Origin: an uncultured Variovorax sp.
GTDB lineage: Bacteria > Pseudomonadota > Gammaproteobacteria > Burkholderiales > Burkholderiaceae_C
Assembly (NCBI GenBank): GCA_964242015.1
Contig: CAXTCC010000001.1
Location: forward strand, 4,781 to 68,780
DNA: 64,000 bases
Reading direction: 5' to 3'
The notes below the pieces were generated by a model. The model was not told the origin of the DNA. It saw only the letters and a list, made by a program, of their open reading frames with translations, and ran no database searches. The translations under genes were made by a program, and so were the position numbers. This document shows positions 19,774 to 37,181 of the stretch, piece by piece (the first letter of the stretch is position 1; the number at the start of each line of letters is the position of its first letter).

Positions 19774-19910
19774 TTCGGGAAGTCCGTCGGTGGTCTGGAA
19801 AGTGCTTCGTCAGATTAAACCCGACCGGCCGTCGATTGACACTTGCAACGAGCGACGCCTAGGATTCGGCCACCAACCAGGAGCCGTCTCGGCTCGCGAA
19901 AGAGAAATCG

Positions 19911-20288
19911 ATGTTGCGCATCTTTGTTCGAAGCGTTTGTTGTGCGCTCGTGTTGTGGACGGGCCTTGCCGGCGTGGCGGGCGCAACGCCGTCACCGAGC
20001 GAAGACACCGTCATCCAGACCCTGATCCAGCGCGTCGAAAAGAAGTCCGACATGGTGTTCGTGCGCAACGGCAACGAATACAACGCCGCCGACGCCGCAT
20101 CGCACCTGCGAAGCAAGTACGACTACTTCAAAGCGCAGATCGTGACGGCCGAGGACTTCATCGAGCGCTGTGCAACCCGCTCCGAGATGACCAAGGTCGC
20201 CTACAAGGTCAAGCTGGCCGGCAACGCGGCGATGCGCGATTCGGGCGACTTCCTGCGGGACGAACTGCGCAAGCTGCGACAGCACTGA
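19911..20288 (+). CDS. Secreted protein (DUF5329/YfeK-like)
   Basis: Signal peptide; F.RNG..Y....A..HL..K, TAEDFI..CATRS..T...Y. Confidence 0.8.
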   Translation: MLRIFVRSVCCALVLWTGLAGVAGATPSPSEDTVIQTLIQRVEKKSDMVFVRNGNEYNAADAASHLRSKYDYFKAQIVTAEDFIERCATRSEMTKVAYKVKLAGNAAMRDSGDFLRDELRKLRQH

Positions 20289-20313
20289 ACAGCGCGCACA
20301 GACGGCCAGACCC

Positions 20314-21426
20314 TCAGAGCGTGTGGGTGCGGTCGCCCTCCGCAAAACCCATCGCATCCCACGGCGCGCCGACCGCGAAACCGATCACCTTGAAGAGCTC
20401 TCCCATTTCATGCTCGTGCACCAGGTGGGCCGCCATCGCGCGCTGCGCTGTCGTGCCTTTTTCCATGTGCGTCAACAACCCGCAGTTCAGGAGGAAGCGC
20501 GCCTGGCTGCAGTAGCCGAGCACTTCGAGCCCGGCGTCCTGGCCGGCCAGCGCGATGCCGGTGAAGTTGACGTGCGCCGTGATGTCCTTCAGCCCGACGT
20601 CCGACAGCGGGTCGCCGTCGGCCATGTGCGCGCGGTGGCACATCACCGTGCCCATGTGGCGCTGCGGGTGGTAGTACTCGGCCTCGGGAAAACCGTAGTC
20701 GATGAAGAACGCCGCACCCTGGGTCAGCCGGTCGGCCAGCGTGGCGATGAATGCCTCGGCTTGGGGATGGACCTCGGTGAGGTAGTCGTGGTCGCCGGGC
20801 ACTTCGACGGGAGGGCGCTGTTCGGTCGGCCGGTCTTGCCATGACCAGCCGTCGCCGTCGGGCGCCGCGACGACACCGCGCTCGAACCACACGCCGCCGA
20901 CACGCGCCAGCAACTGCACCGGCATCGCGTCGAGCACCTCGTTGCCGACGACCACGCCTTGCATCGTCTCCGGCAACTCGCCGAGCCATTCGACCTTGTC
21001 GCCGTACGCGGCCAGCGCCAGCTGCTGCCGCGCCCGCAAGGTGCCGGACAGGTCGACGATTCGGTAGCGGGCAACCTTACGGCCGAGCGCTTCGAGGGCA
21101 TCGAGCAACTGCCCTGCCAGCGCGCCCGAGCCCGCACCGAACTCCCACACGGTGTCGGTGCCGGTCTTGTCCAGCGCTTCGGCCACCTGTGCCGCCAGCG
21201 TGCGGCCGAACATCGGCGTCAGCTCCGGCGCGGTGACGAAATCACTGCCCGAGGACGGCATCTGGCCGAACTTGGCGGAGGCGTTCGCGTAGTAGCCCAA
21301 TCCCGGCGCGTACAAGGCCATGGCCATGAAGCGGTCGAAGGGCAGCCAGCCGCCGGCGCGCTCCAGCGCGGCATCGATAATCCGGGTCAACGGGGTGGCG
21401 CGTGCGGCGCCGGGCTCCAAACTCAT
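20314..21426 (-). CDS. SAM-dependent methyltransferase, MidA/NDUFAF7 family
   Basis: FM.MALY.P..GYY, DFVTAPE, EFGAGSG, NEVLDAMP, IDYG, DITAHVNF, MGELFKV. Confidence 0.93.
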   Translation of the reverse strand: MSLEPGAARATPLTRIIDAALERAGGWLPFDRFMAMALYAPGLGYYANASAKFGQMPSSGSDFVTAPELTPMFGRTLAAQVAEALDKTGTDTVWEFGAGSGALAGQLLDALEALGRKVARYRIVDLSGTLRARQQLALAAYGDKVEWLGELPETMQGVVVGNEVLDAMPVQLLARVGGVWFERGVVAAPDGDGWSWQDRPTEQRPPVEVPGDHDYLTEVHPQAEAFIATLADRLTQGAAFFIDYGFPEAEYYHPQRHMGTVMCHRAHMADGDPLSDVGLKDITAHVNFTGIALAGQDAGLEVLGYCSQARFLLNCGLLTHMEKGTTAQRAMAAHLVHEHEMGELFKVIGFAVGAPWDAMGFAEGDRTHTL

Positions 21427-21443
21427 CCGGGAAATTTATCAGC

Positions 21444-22256
21444 ATGGCCGACACGGTCGCTTCGACCTCTTCAGCAAGACCACGCGGCGTGCTCGTCACG
21501 GGCGGCGGGCGACGGCTCGGGGCGGCCATTTGCAACGCCTTCGCGCAGGCTGGCTGGAGCGTGTGGTGCCAGTACCGCGCCTCGCGCGATGCGGCCGAAA
21601 CCCTGTGCGCAGGGCTGCGCGACGAAGGCTTCACGGCCACCGCCGTCGAAGCGGACATCGACGACGAGGGCGCGCGCCGGGCGCTGGTCGAACGCATCGC
21701 GGCCGACACGCCGCTGGCCTGCATCGTCAACAACGCCTCGGCTTTCGAGCCTGACACCGGGCTCGACTTCGAGCCAGAAGCGGCACTGCGGCAACTCGGC
21801 GTCAACCTGATCGCGCCGCTGTCGTTCGCGCGGCTGCTGGCACGGCAACCCGCGGATGGCACCGACCGCTCGACGATCCACATCCTCGACCAGAAGGTGT
21901 TCAACCTGAACCCCGACTACTTTTCGTACACCGTGTCCAAGCTGGCACTGGAGCGTGCGGTGTCGTTGCAAGCGCAAGCGCTGGCCCCTGCGGTGCGCGT
22001 CTGCGGTGTGGCGCCCGGCATCCTGTTCACCAGCGGCCCGCAAGACGACACCAACTTTGCGCAGGCCGCGCGCGCCAACCTGATGCGGCGCCCGATCGAC
22101 CCGGCCGACGTGGCGCGCACTTGCGTTTTTCTGGCCGGCACCCCGAGCGTGACCGGTACCACCCTGTGCGTCGACAACGGCCAGCATCTGGTGCCGCTCG
22201 AGCGCGACATCATGTTCGTCGTCGACGATTTGCTAAAGAAGGCTTCCCCTCCATGA
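21444..22256 (+). CDS. SDR oxidoreductase, pteridine reductase/FolM-like
   Basis: TGGGRRLG, NNAS.F, YTVSK; coupled to folB. Confidence 0.85.
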   Translation: MADTVASTSSARPRGVLVTGGGRRLGAAICNAFAQAGWSVWCQYRASRDAAETLCAGLRDEGFTATAVEADIDDEGARRALVERIAADTPLACIVNNASAFEPDTGLDFEPEAALRQLGVNLIAPLSFARLLARQPADGTDRSTIHILDQKVFNLNPDYFSYTVSKLALERAVSLQAQALAPAVRVCGVAPGILFTSGPQDDTNFAQAARANLMRRPIDPADVARTCVFLAGTPSVTGTTLCVDNGQHLVPLERDIMFVVDDLLKKASPP

Positions 22257-22642
22257 CCACCGCCGCCCTCGATCCCTTGCTGCTGTCCTGCCGACGCGTG
22301 TTTTTGAAGAACTACGAGGTGTGGATCAACATCGGCGTGCACGAATTCGAGAAGAAGGCCGAGCAGCGCGTGATCATCAACGTCGACCTGTACGTGCCGC
22401 TGGAAATCTCGACGCCCAAATCCGACGAGCTCGATGAAGTGGTCGACTATGACTTCATTCGCCGAACGGTGGCCGAGCGGCTGTCTAAAGGGCACATTCA
22501 CCTGCAGGAGACGCTGTGCGACGACATCCTCGCCACGGTGCTGTCGCATTCGAAGGTGCATGCGGCACGCGTATCGACCGCCAAGCCCGATGTGTACCCC
22601 GATTGCGAAGCCGTCGGCGTCGAAGTTTTCCGGAGCAAATGA
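22253..22642 (+). CDS. folB: Dihydroneopterin aldolase
   Basis: [33 protein letters not shown]. Confidence 0.92.
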   Translation: MTTAALDPLLLSCRRVFLKNYEVWINIGVHEFEKKAEQRVIINVDLYVPLEISTPKSDELDEVVDYDFIRRTVAERLSKGHIHLQETLCDDILATVLSHSKVHAARVSTAKPDVYPDCEAVGVEVFRSK

Positions 22643-22643
22643 G

Positions 22644-23588
22644 ATGAGCGCAGTCTGGGTGGATGAAGTCGCTGAAGTTGCTGAAGTCACGCCATCGGCG
22701 CAACTCAAGATCGAGCGCGAGACGCACAAGCTCGAAAAGCGCCTGTGCCGCGAAGTCGGCCGCGCCATCGTCGACTACAACATGATCGAGGAAGGCGACA
22801 AGGTCATGGTGTGCGTGTCGGGCGGCAAGGACAGCTACGCGATGCTCGACGTGCTGCTCAAGCTGAAAGCCCGCGCGCCGATTCACTTCGACCTGATCGC
22901 CGTCAATCTCGACCAGAAGCAACCGGGCTTTCCGGAAGACGTGCTGCCCAAGTACCTGAGCGACATCGGCGTGGCCTTCCATATCGAGAACCAGGACACG
23001 TACAGCATCGTCAAACGGGTCATCCGGGAAGGCAAGACGACCTGCGGACTGTGCAGCCGGCTGCGGCGCGGCATTCTTTATCGCGTGGCCGACGAACTGG
23101 GTGCGACCAAGGTCGCACTGGGCCATCACCGCGACGACATGCTTCAGACCTTCTTCCTCAACATGTTCTTTGCCGGCAAGCTGAAGAGCATGCCGCCCAA
23201 GCTGGTGAGCGACGACGGCCGCCATATCGTGATCCGGCCGCTGGCCTTCGTGGCTGAAAAAGATCTGGTGCGCTGGGCCCAGCACCGCGAATTTCCGATC
23301 ATTCCGTGCACGCTGTGCGGCAGCCAGGAAAACCTGCAGCGCAAGCAGGTCGGCGAGATGTTGCGCGACTGGGACAAGAAACATCCGGGCCGCATCGAGA
23401 ACATGTTCACTGCGCTGCAGAACGTGGTGCCGTCGCATTTGCTCGACGGCAAGCGGCACGACTTCAAAGGACTGAAAGCAACGGGCGTGGCCGACGACGA
23501 GGGCGACAAGGCGTTCGACGCGCCCAACTTCGACGCGCTGTCTTCCGTGTCGCAGGCGCCGTCCGCGTTGCAGATCGTGCAAATTTGA
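22644..23588 (+). CDS. ttcA: tRNA 2-thiocytidine(32) synthetase
   Basis: PP-loop [32 protein letters not shown]. Confidence 0.96.
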   Translation: MSAVWVDEVAEVAEVTPSAQLKIERETHKLEKRLCREVGRAIVDYNMIEEGDKVMVCVSGGKDSYAMLDVLLKLKARAPIHFDLIAVNLDQKQPGFPEDVLPKYLSDIGVAFHIENQDTYSIVKRVIREGKTTCGLCSRLRRGILYRVADELGATKVALGHHRDDMLQTFFLNMFFAGKLKSMPPKLVSDDGRHIVIRPLAFVAEKDLVRWAQHREFPIIPCTLCGSQENLQRKQVGEMLRDWDKKHPGRIENMFTALQNVVPSHLLDGKRHDFKGLKATGVADDEGDKAFDAPNFDALSSVSQAPSALQIVQI

Positions 23589-23605
23589 GGCGCGGAGATC
23601 GATAC

Positions 23606-24286
23606 GTGAAGCAACTCCGACGCGCCTTGGCGGCTACGGCGGCGCTGTTCGCGCTCGGCGTACTGACTGGCTGTGCGACAAATTGGGTGGTCGACAGCGA
23701 AGTCCGCAGTTTCTCGAGGCTGACCGCTGCTCCGGTCCCGGCCAACGCCACCTACCGTTTCGAGCGACTGCCGTCGCAGCAGGCGAACGAGGCGGCACAG
23801 CAATCCCTCGAAGCGATGGCAGGTGCCGCGCTTGGCAAGGTCGGCCTGCGCCACGACGCCGCGACGCCGCGCTACAGCGCGCAGATCGATGCACGGGTGA
23901 ACGAGGCGCTGTCGCCCCTGTCCGATCCGTTGCTCTACGGCGCCGGGCCTTGGGCGCCCTGGGGCCCCGGATTTCGATATGGCGTTTACGGCCGACACGG
24001 CTTCAGCGCGGGACTCGGCTATGGCTATGGCGGCTTTTATGGTCCCGCGTTGCCGGACATGTCGAACCCCTGGTACGTCAGGGAAGTAAGCATCGTGCTG
24101 CGCGAACTGGCGTCAGGCCAAGTGGTCTACGAAACCCATGCGAGCAACGACGGGCCTTACAACCGAAGCGCAGACATACTTCCGGTGATGTTCGAGGCTG
24201 CCTTGCAGGGCTTTCCGAACCCGCCGGCCGGCGAGCGGCGCGTCGACATCGCACTGCCGGGCGCCAGCACCGGCACCCGGCAGTAG
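23606..24286 (+). CDS. DUF4136-like lipoprotein
   Basis: GTG start after GGAG; lipobox LTGC; TYRFERLPSQ; Gly/Tyr-rich loop. Confidence 0.8.
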   Translation: MKQLRRALAATAALFALGVLTGCATNWVVDSEVRSFSRLTAAPVPANATYRFERLPSQQANEAAQQSLEAMAGAALGKVGLRHDAATPRYSAQIDARVNEALSPLSDPLLYGAGPWAPWGPGFRYGVYGRHGFSAGLGYGYGGFYGPALPDMSNPWYVREVSIVLRELASGQVVYETHASNDGPYNRSADILPVMFEAALQGFPNPPAGERRVDIALPGASTGTRQ

Positions 24287-24295
24287 TTCGTTCGG

Positions 24296-24934
24296 ATGGA
24301 AGCCACTCGCCTCATTGCCGTCCGCCATGGAGAAACCGCGTGGAACGTCGACACGCGCATCCAGGGCCAACTGGACATCGGGCTGAACGCGACCGGTGAA
24401 TGGCAGGCACGACGTGTCGGGCAGGCGCTGGCCGAAGAGGCCATCGACGTCATCTACGCCAGTGACTTGTCGCGCGCCTGGGACACGGCCTTGGAGATCG
24501 CGCGCCCGCTCAAACTGCAGGTTCGACCGGAGCCGCGGTTGCGCGAGCGTGCTTTTGGCCGGTTCGAGGGCATGAGCTTTGCGGAGATCGAAAAGGCGCT
24601 GCCCGACCAGGCCAAGCTGTGGCGCGAGCGTGACCCGGAATTCGCGCCCGACGGAGGCGAAAGCCTGATTGTTTTTCGCGATCGGGTGACCACGGTCGCC
24701 TCCGAGCTGGCGGCGCGGCATGCCGGCGAACTGGTGGTCCTGGTGGCACACGGCGGCGTCATGGACGTGCTTTACCGCGCGGCGACCCGACAGGACCTGC
24801 AGGCCCCCCGCACCTGGCTGCTGCGCAATGCAGCGATCAACCGGATTCTGTGGACACCGGAAGGCTTCAGTCTGGTTGGCTGGAGCGACGAAACGCACTT
24901 GACCGACGCGCCCCGCGACGAAGCGACTGCCTGA
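24296..24934 (+). CDS. Histidine phosphatase family protein (GpmB/CobC-like)
   Basis: RHGET.WN...IQG, SDL.RA..T, LRER.FG, GGES, VAHGG. Confidence 0.93.
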   Translation: MEATRLIAVRHGETAWNVDTRIQGQLDIGLNATGEWQARRVGQALAEEAIDVIYASDLSRAWDTALEIARPLKLQVRPEPRLRERAFGRFEGMSFAEIEKALPDQAKLWRERDPEFAPDGGESLIVFRDRVTTVASELAARHAGELVVLVAHGGVMDVLYRAATRQDLQAPRTWLLRNAAINRILWTPEGFSLVGWSDETHLTDAPRDEATA

Positions 24935-25276
24935 GTCAAGCGCAATTTGTTGCGCTGCGTCAAAAGAACATGCCGCAACGGTGTGGTTGGCGAAAAGCGA
25001 CACACAAATGTCAGCTTTTTGTATTCACTTTTTACAGAAAACGCGCACAATAGCGTTAAGCGCAAGCCTTCTGTCAACTCGTTAATCGCAACGAATTGCA
25101 TCGGATGTTGCTGGCGACGGCGGCGGCCTATGTCTTTGGACATGGCTTTTGGTCAATGGGCAGTACGGGGCGCAGAGGGCAATATCCCGATCACTGGCGT
25201 AATGAATGCTTTGTAGTTAACCTGACGCCTGAAACATCATGTTGCTGTTCATTGCTCCACTCGAATTCAAAGGGTC
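24935..25276 (+). promoter_or_regulatory. AT-richer 340-bp upstream control region of the NRPS-PKS cluster
   Basis: Non-coding and visibly lower in GC than the flanks; dyads AGCGCAA-N4-TTGCGCT (24939-24956) and TGTA-N9-TACA (25020-25036). Confidence 0.5.
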
Positions 25277-28200
25277 ATGACCATGGACCGCTCAAGCGAA
25301 ACATTTGTATCTGTTCACCAGCGCATCGCGCAACGGGCCTTGCTGACGCCCGATGCCATTGCAGTTTCATGCGACGGCGTCACCCTCAGTTTTGCAGAAT
25401 TGAATCGCCGTGCCAATAGCGTCGCCTTGCGATTGCAAGAGCTCGGCGCAGGTCGCGACAAGCTCATCGCGGTCGGCATGGAGCGCTCGGTCGACATGGT
25501 GGTCGGCCTGCTGGCGGTGCTCAAGTCGGGCAGCGCCTATCTGCCGATCGACCTTGCGTACCCCGCCGCGCGCCTTGCCTTCGTGCTCGAAGATGCGCAA
25601 CCCATTGCCTTCCTGACAAGCGCGGCCAGCGCGGCCGATCTACCGACCCTCTCCGTTCCCGTCTTGTGGGTCGACGACGCAAGCGAGCCGCCGACCGACG
25701 ACATCGGTGTGAATGATCCCGAGGCGCTGGCCTATGTGATCTACACCTCCGGCTCCACCGGCACGCCCAAGGGTTGCCTGGTGACGCATGGCAACGTCGC
25801 AAGACTGTTCGACGCCACCGATGCCTGGTTCGGTTTTGGCCCTGACGATGTCTGGACCTTCTTTCATTCGCATGCCTTCGACTTCTCGGTCTGGGAAATC
25901 TGGGGCGCGCTGGTGTACGGCGGCCGCGTCGTCGTGGTGCCGCAAGCCGTCACGCGCTCGCCGTCCGAGTTTCTCGATCTGCTGGTGCGCGAAGGCGTCA
26001 CCGTACTGAATCAAACGCCCTCGGCATTCCGCACGTTGATCGATGCCGATCGCCGCTCGTCGCTGGCGCCCGACGCCCTGCGCCTGCGCCACGTGGTCTT
26101 CGGCGGCGAAGCGCTCGAGCTGCAAATGCTGAAGCCGTGGTTCGAGCGCCACGGCGACACCGCGCCGCGTCTGGTCAACATGTACGGCATCACCGAGACG
26201 ACGGTGCACGTGACGTACCGGCCGATCACCTCGGCCGACGTGGCCGCAGGCCGTGGCAGCGTCATCGGCGAGCCGATTCCGGACCTGCGCGTCGACCTCG
26301 TCGACGCTGCTTTGGCACCGGTTGCGATCGGCGAGCCAGGCGAGATTCTGGTGAGCGGCGCCGGCGTGAGCAACGGCTACCTGCGTCGCCCTGAACTGAC
26401 CGCCCAACGCTTCATCGACTGGACCGACCCAGCCACCGGCAAGACGATGCGGTCCTACCGCTCCGGCGACCTCGCGCGTCGAACTGTCGAAGGTGAGCTC
26501 GAGTACATGGGCCGCATCGATCAGCAAGTGAAGATCCGTGGGTTTCGGATCGAGACCGGCGAGATCGAAAGCGAGTTGCTGCAGCACGCATCGGTGCGTG
26601 CCTGCGCCGTGGTGGCGCGACACGACGACGTCGGCCATGAAGCGCGACTCGTGGCGTATGTGGTGCCGGAAGGCGTTGCCATGTCGGTGACGGAGCTGCG
26701 CCACCATCTCGGCGAACGCATGCCCGCCTACATGGTGCCCGCCGCCTTCGTGCAGATGACTTCCCTGCCGATGACCGACAACGGCAAGCTCGACCGCCGT
26801 GCCTTGCCCGCGCCGGCGCGCGAGCGGCCCGAGCTGGTTCAGGCGTTCGAAGAGCCGCGCGGTGCCGCCGAAGCACGCGTGTGCGCCGCCTTTGCAACCG
26901 CGCTGCGCATCGACCAGATCGGGCGCAACGACAATTTCTTCGACCTCGGCGGCGATTCGCTGCTGGTGCTCGAGGTGCTGGCCGCGCTGCAAAAAGACAC
27001 CGCCCGCGAGCTTTCCGCCAATCTGTTCTTCAGCGAGCCGACGCCCCGTGCCATCGCGCTGGAAATGACGGAGAAGCCAGCGGACGCCAAGCTCGCCCGC
27101 ACCAACGAAGGCGCAGCTTCGACCGGCGCAGCGAACCACGCGAGCGGGCAAGAACCGGTCGCCCTCATCGCCATGGCCGGACGTTTTCCGGGCGCCGCCG
27201 ATGTCGAGGAGTTCTGGGCCAACCTGGTCGCTGGTCGCGATTCGATCACGATGTTCGACGATGAAACACTCGACGCCGGCGTGTCGGCCGCCCTGCGCGC
27301 CGACCCCGCTTACGTACGAGCGCGCGGCGTCCTCGACGGCATCGAAAACTTCGACGCCGCCTTCTTCGGCATCAATCCGAAAGAAGCCGCATTGATGGAC
27401 CCGCAACAACGCGTGTTCCTCGAGATCTGCTGGGAAGCGCTGGAGCGCGGCGGCTATGCGCCCGACAGCTGCGACGTGCCGGTCGGCGTGTACGGCGGCA
27501 TGAACAACGCGACCTATTTCCAGAAGCACATCGCGACGCGGCCCGACCTGGTCGAAGCGCTGGGCGAGTTCCAGGTGATGCTGGCCAACGAGAAGGACTA
27601 CATCACCACGCGCGTCGCCAACAAGCTCAACCTGACCGGCCCCGCGGTCAGCATCCACACGGCCTGCTCGACCTCGCTGGTGGCGGTCAATGAAGCATTT
27701 CACGCGCTGCGCACCGGTCAGTGCGACATGGCGCTGGCGGGCGGTGTCGCCATCACCTGCCCACCACGCAGCGGTTACCTCTATTTGGAAGGCGCGATGC
27801 TTTCGCCGGACGGCAAGACGCGCAGCTTCGATGCACAGGCGCAAGGCACGGTGTTCAGCGACGGCGCGGCGGTGGTCTTGCTCAAGCGCCTGTCCGATGC
27901 GCTGGCCGATGGCGACCCGATCTACGCGGTGATCCGCGGCTCGGCCATCAACAACGACGGCGGTGCGAAAGCGAGCTTCACCGCGCCCAGCGTCAAGGGC
28001 CAGGCGGCGGTGATCTCGGCCGCGCTCAAGTCTTCGGGCGTCGACGCCCGCAGCATTTCTTACGTCGAAACACATGGCACGGCGACGCCGATGGGCGACC
28101 CGGTGGAAATCGAAGGACTGGCCAAGGCGTTTGCGCAGCACACCTCGGACACCGGCTTCTGCGCGATCGGTTCGGCCAAGAGCAACGTCGGCCATCTCGT

Positions 28201-31200
28201 GATGGCGGCCGGCGCCACCGGGCTCATTAAGACCGTGCTGGCATTGCAGACGGAATCCATTCCGCCGTCGATTCACTACGACACGCCGAACCCGGCGATC
28301 AACTTCGATGCGACGCCGTTCCGCGTCAACAGCCGCTTGATGCCCTGGCCACGCAATGCACAACCGCGCCGTGCCGGTGTGAGCTCGTTCGGCGTCGGTG
28401 GCACCAACGCGCACGTGATCGTCGAAGAAGCGCCGTTGCGGGCCCCCTCGGATACGTCCGCAGCGCCGCAGTTGCTGGTGCTGTCGGCGCGTTCGGCCGC
28501 TGCGCTCGCGGTCGCCAGGGCGCAGCTGGCAGACCACCTCGATGCGCACCCCGATCTGTCGTTGCCGGACGTGGCCCATACGCTGCGCGTCGGTCGCAAG
28601 ACGTTCGCGCACCGCGCCGCGGTCATCGCCACGTCGAGCGCCCAGGCCTCGGCCGCACTGCGCTCGGCCGATTCGGCGGCGCGGGCCGTCGGCGCGACCG
28701 GCGCCTGGGCTCCGCAGCCGGTCTTGATGTTCCCGGGCCAGGGCGCGCAGTACGCCGGCATGGGTCGGGCGTTGTACGCCACCGATGCAGTGTTCCGCGC
28801 CGCCTTCGACGAATGCATGACTGCCTTCGAAGGCGCATTGCCGTTCGATCTGCGCGAGCGCATGGCCTCGACCGACGACGCGGCACTGGCCCCGACCTCG
28901 GTCACGCAGCCGGCCACCTTCGTTCTCGAATACGCCATGGCGCGCCAACTGCTCTCGCTGCAGATCGCGCCGGCTGCACTCGTCGGACACAGCGTCGGCG
29001 AATTCGTCGCTGCCGTGCTGGCTGGCGTGATGTCGCTCGAAGACGCTGCATTGCTCGTGGCCCAGCGCGGCGCCTTGATGCAAGCGCTGCCAGCCGGCGC
29101 CATGCTGTCGGTCCGCATGTCTGCTGCCGAGCTGCAACCGCGGCTCGGTACCGACGTGTCGCTGGCCGCCGAGAACGGTCCGACCGCTTGTGTCGCTGCG
29201 GGCCCGTTCGAGGCCATCGAAGCCTTGCGCGCACGCCTTGAAGTCGACGGCATCGCTGCCAAGCTTCTACAGACCTCGCATGCGTTCCATTCGACCATGA
29301 TGGACGGGGCCGTTGCGCCCTTCGAAGCACTGGTAAGCGCGGTCAAGCTGTCCGCACCGACGCTGCCGATCTTCTCGACGCTCACCGGCGCGCTGTTGAA
29401 GGCCGATGAAGCGACCGACCCGCGTTACTGGGCTCGCCACCTGCGCGAGACCGTGCGCTTTTCGCCGGCGATTCGTGCCGTGCTGGCCGACATCGCACAC
29501 CCGGTGTTCGTCGAAGTCGGCCCGCGCGGCACATTGGCCACGCTGGTTCGCCAGCACGCCACCAAGCTGCGTCCCGCACCGGCTGTTTCACTGCTCGCCG
29601 ACAACCCGGAAGACGAATGCAGTGCCTGGCGACTGGCCGCCGGCCGTCTCTGGACGATGGGTGCCGACATCGATCTGCTCCCGCTCGACGAGCGCGCCAA
29701 CAAGCACCGCGTGCTGTTGCCGACCTACCCGTTCGAGCGCAAGCGCTTCTGGATCGACATTGCGGATACGACGGCCCTGCCTGCAGACGCGACGGCGCCA
29801 GTGATCGCGCCCGTGGCCGCAGTCGCCCCTGCAAACGAAATTACGGCGTCGGTCGCTGCGACCGTGGCCCCCGTTATCGCGACCGCCACTCAGGCTGCCG
29901 CACCTGTTTTTCAACCTTCCCTGCTATCCGCCTTACCGGAGTCGTCCATGACCACCGCCGCTTCCAATTCTTCCGCCGCGCCACGACGCGCCGCCCTGAC
30001 GACCAGCCTGCATGCCCTGTTCGAGGACATCTCGGGCATCGAGCTGGCAGGCTCCGACGGCCACACGCCGTTCGTCGAGATGGGCCTCGATTCGCTCACG
30101 CTGACGCAAGCCGCCATCCAGGTGAAGAAGCAGTTCAAGGCCAACCTCAGCTTTCGCCAGCTGATGGAAAGCTACCGGACTTTCGACTCGCTGGCCGAGT
30201 ACCTCGACGCAACGCTGCCGCCCGACCCGGTGGCGGCCACGGTCGCTGTCGTGGCGCCGGTCGCAGCCGTCGCAGTGGTCGCGCAGCCGGCGCCCGTTGC
30301 GACGAACTATGCCGCGCCTGTGGTCCAAGCCACCGCTTTCGCACCGATGGCGCCGGTCGCCATGGACGCCGCGACCGGCACGCTGGTCCAGCAGGTGATC
30401 GCACAACAGATGCAGTTGATGCAGCAGCAACTGGCGTTGTTGTCGGCAGCACCGTCGGCTGCTGCGCCCACCGCGATGGTTGCGGCACCCGTCGCCGGGG
30501 CGCCGCTCGTCGCACCGGTCGCTGCCGCCGCACCCGTGGCCACCATGCCGGTTGCAACCGCCGCATCTGAAACGCCTTCGGCCGAAACCGAAGGCACCAT
30601 GAAGTACGACGTCAAGAAAGCCTTCGGCGCCATCGCCCGCATTCACACGCAGTACAAGGACCCGACCGATCGCCAGAAGGCACGGCTGGCGTCGTTCATC
30701 CGCCGCTATGTCGACCGGACCGCCAAGAGCAAGGCCTTCACCGAAGCCAATCGCCCCGTGATGGCCGACCCGCGCGTGGTCAACGGCTTTCGCCCGGCGA
30801 CCAAGGAAATCGTCTATCAGATCGTGGTCGAACGCTCGAAGGGTTCGCAGTTCTGGGACATCGACGGCAATCAGTACGTCGACGTGCTGAGCGGCTTCGG
30901 CATGAACCTGTTCGGCTGGCAGCCTGATTTCGTCAACGACGCGGTGAAAAAGCAACTCGACCTCGGCTACGAGATCGGCCCGCAGCACCCGCTCGCCGCC
31001 GACGTCTCGCGCACCATCTGCGAACTCACCGGCCACGACCGCGCCGCGCTGTGCAACACCGGCTCCGAAGCGGTGATGGCGGCCATCCGCATCGCCCGCA
31101 CGGTGACGGGCCGCAACACCGTCGTGGTGTTCACCGGCTCCTACCACGGCACCTTCGACGAAGTGCTGGTGCGTGCCGGTCGCCAGGCCAAGGGCATGCC

Positions 31201-32142
31201 CGCCGCGCCGGGGATCATGCGCGGCATGTTCGGCGACGTGCGCGTGCTGGACTACGGCACGCCCGAAGCGCTCGAATTCATTCGCGACAATGCGGAAGAC
31301 CTGGCCGCCGTGCTGGTCGAGCCGGTGCAGAGCCGCCGTCCGGACTTCCAGCCGCGCGACTTTCTGCGTGAAGTGCGCGCCATCACCGAAAAGTCGAAGA
31401 CCTGCCTGATCTTCGACGAAGTCATCACCGGCTTCCGTTCGCACCTCGGCGGTTGCCAGGCGCTCTTCGGCATTCGCGCCGACCTGGCCTCCTACGGCAA
31501 GGTCATCGGCGGCGGCTTCCCGGTCGGCGTCGTGGCCGGCAAGCGCGAGTACATGGACTCGCTCGACGGCGGCGCATGGCAGTACGGCGACGACTCGATT
31601 CCGACAGTCGGCGTCACCTACTTCGCCGGCACCTTCGTGCGCCATCCGCTCGCACTCGCCGCCTGCAAGGCCTCGCTCGACCACCTGAAGGAATCGGGCG
31701 AAGGCCTGCAGACGCAGCTCAACCTGCACACCGCGGCGATGGCCGACGAACTCACCGCGTTCTGCCGTGAAGTCGGTGCGCCGCTCGAGATCCGCTACTT
31801 CACCTCGCTCTGGCGCATCAGCTGGCTCGAAGATCACCCGTTCCAGGATCTGTTGTTCGCGATGATGCGCAGCCGCGGCGTGCACATCCTCGACAACTTC
31901 CCGTGCTTCATGACGACGGCGCATTCGCACGAAGACATCGCACGCATCAAGTCGGCATTCAAGGAATCGGTCGCCGAGATGCAGGAGGCCGAATTCCTGC
32001 CGCGCCGCGTGACGGCCGAGCCGAGCTTCGATGCCACGCATCCGCCGGTGCCCAATGCGCGCCTCGGCCGCGACAAGGACGGCCAGCCCGCGTGGTTCGT
32101 GCCGGACCCGACGGCACAAGGCAAATTTATGAAGATCCAGGC

Positions 32143-32146
<4 letters not shown>
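25277..32146 (+). CDS. Hybrid NRPS/type I PKS: A(Thr)-T-KS-AT(malonyl)-ACP-class III aminotransferase
   Basis: A: YTSGSTGTPKG, YGITE, YRSGD, NGKLDR. T: LGGDSL. KS: TACSTS/HGTAT/NVGH. AT: GHSVG, HAFH. ACP: GLDSL. Aminotransferase: NTGSEA, YHG, FDEVITGFR, YGKVIGGG. Confidence 0.96.
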
Positions 32147-37176
<5,030 letters not shown>

Positions 37177-37181
37177 GTCCG

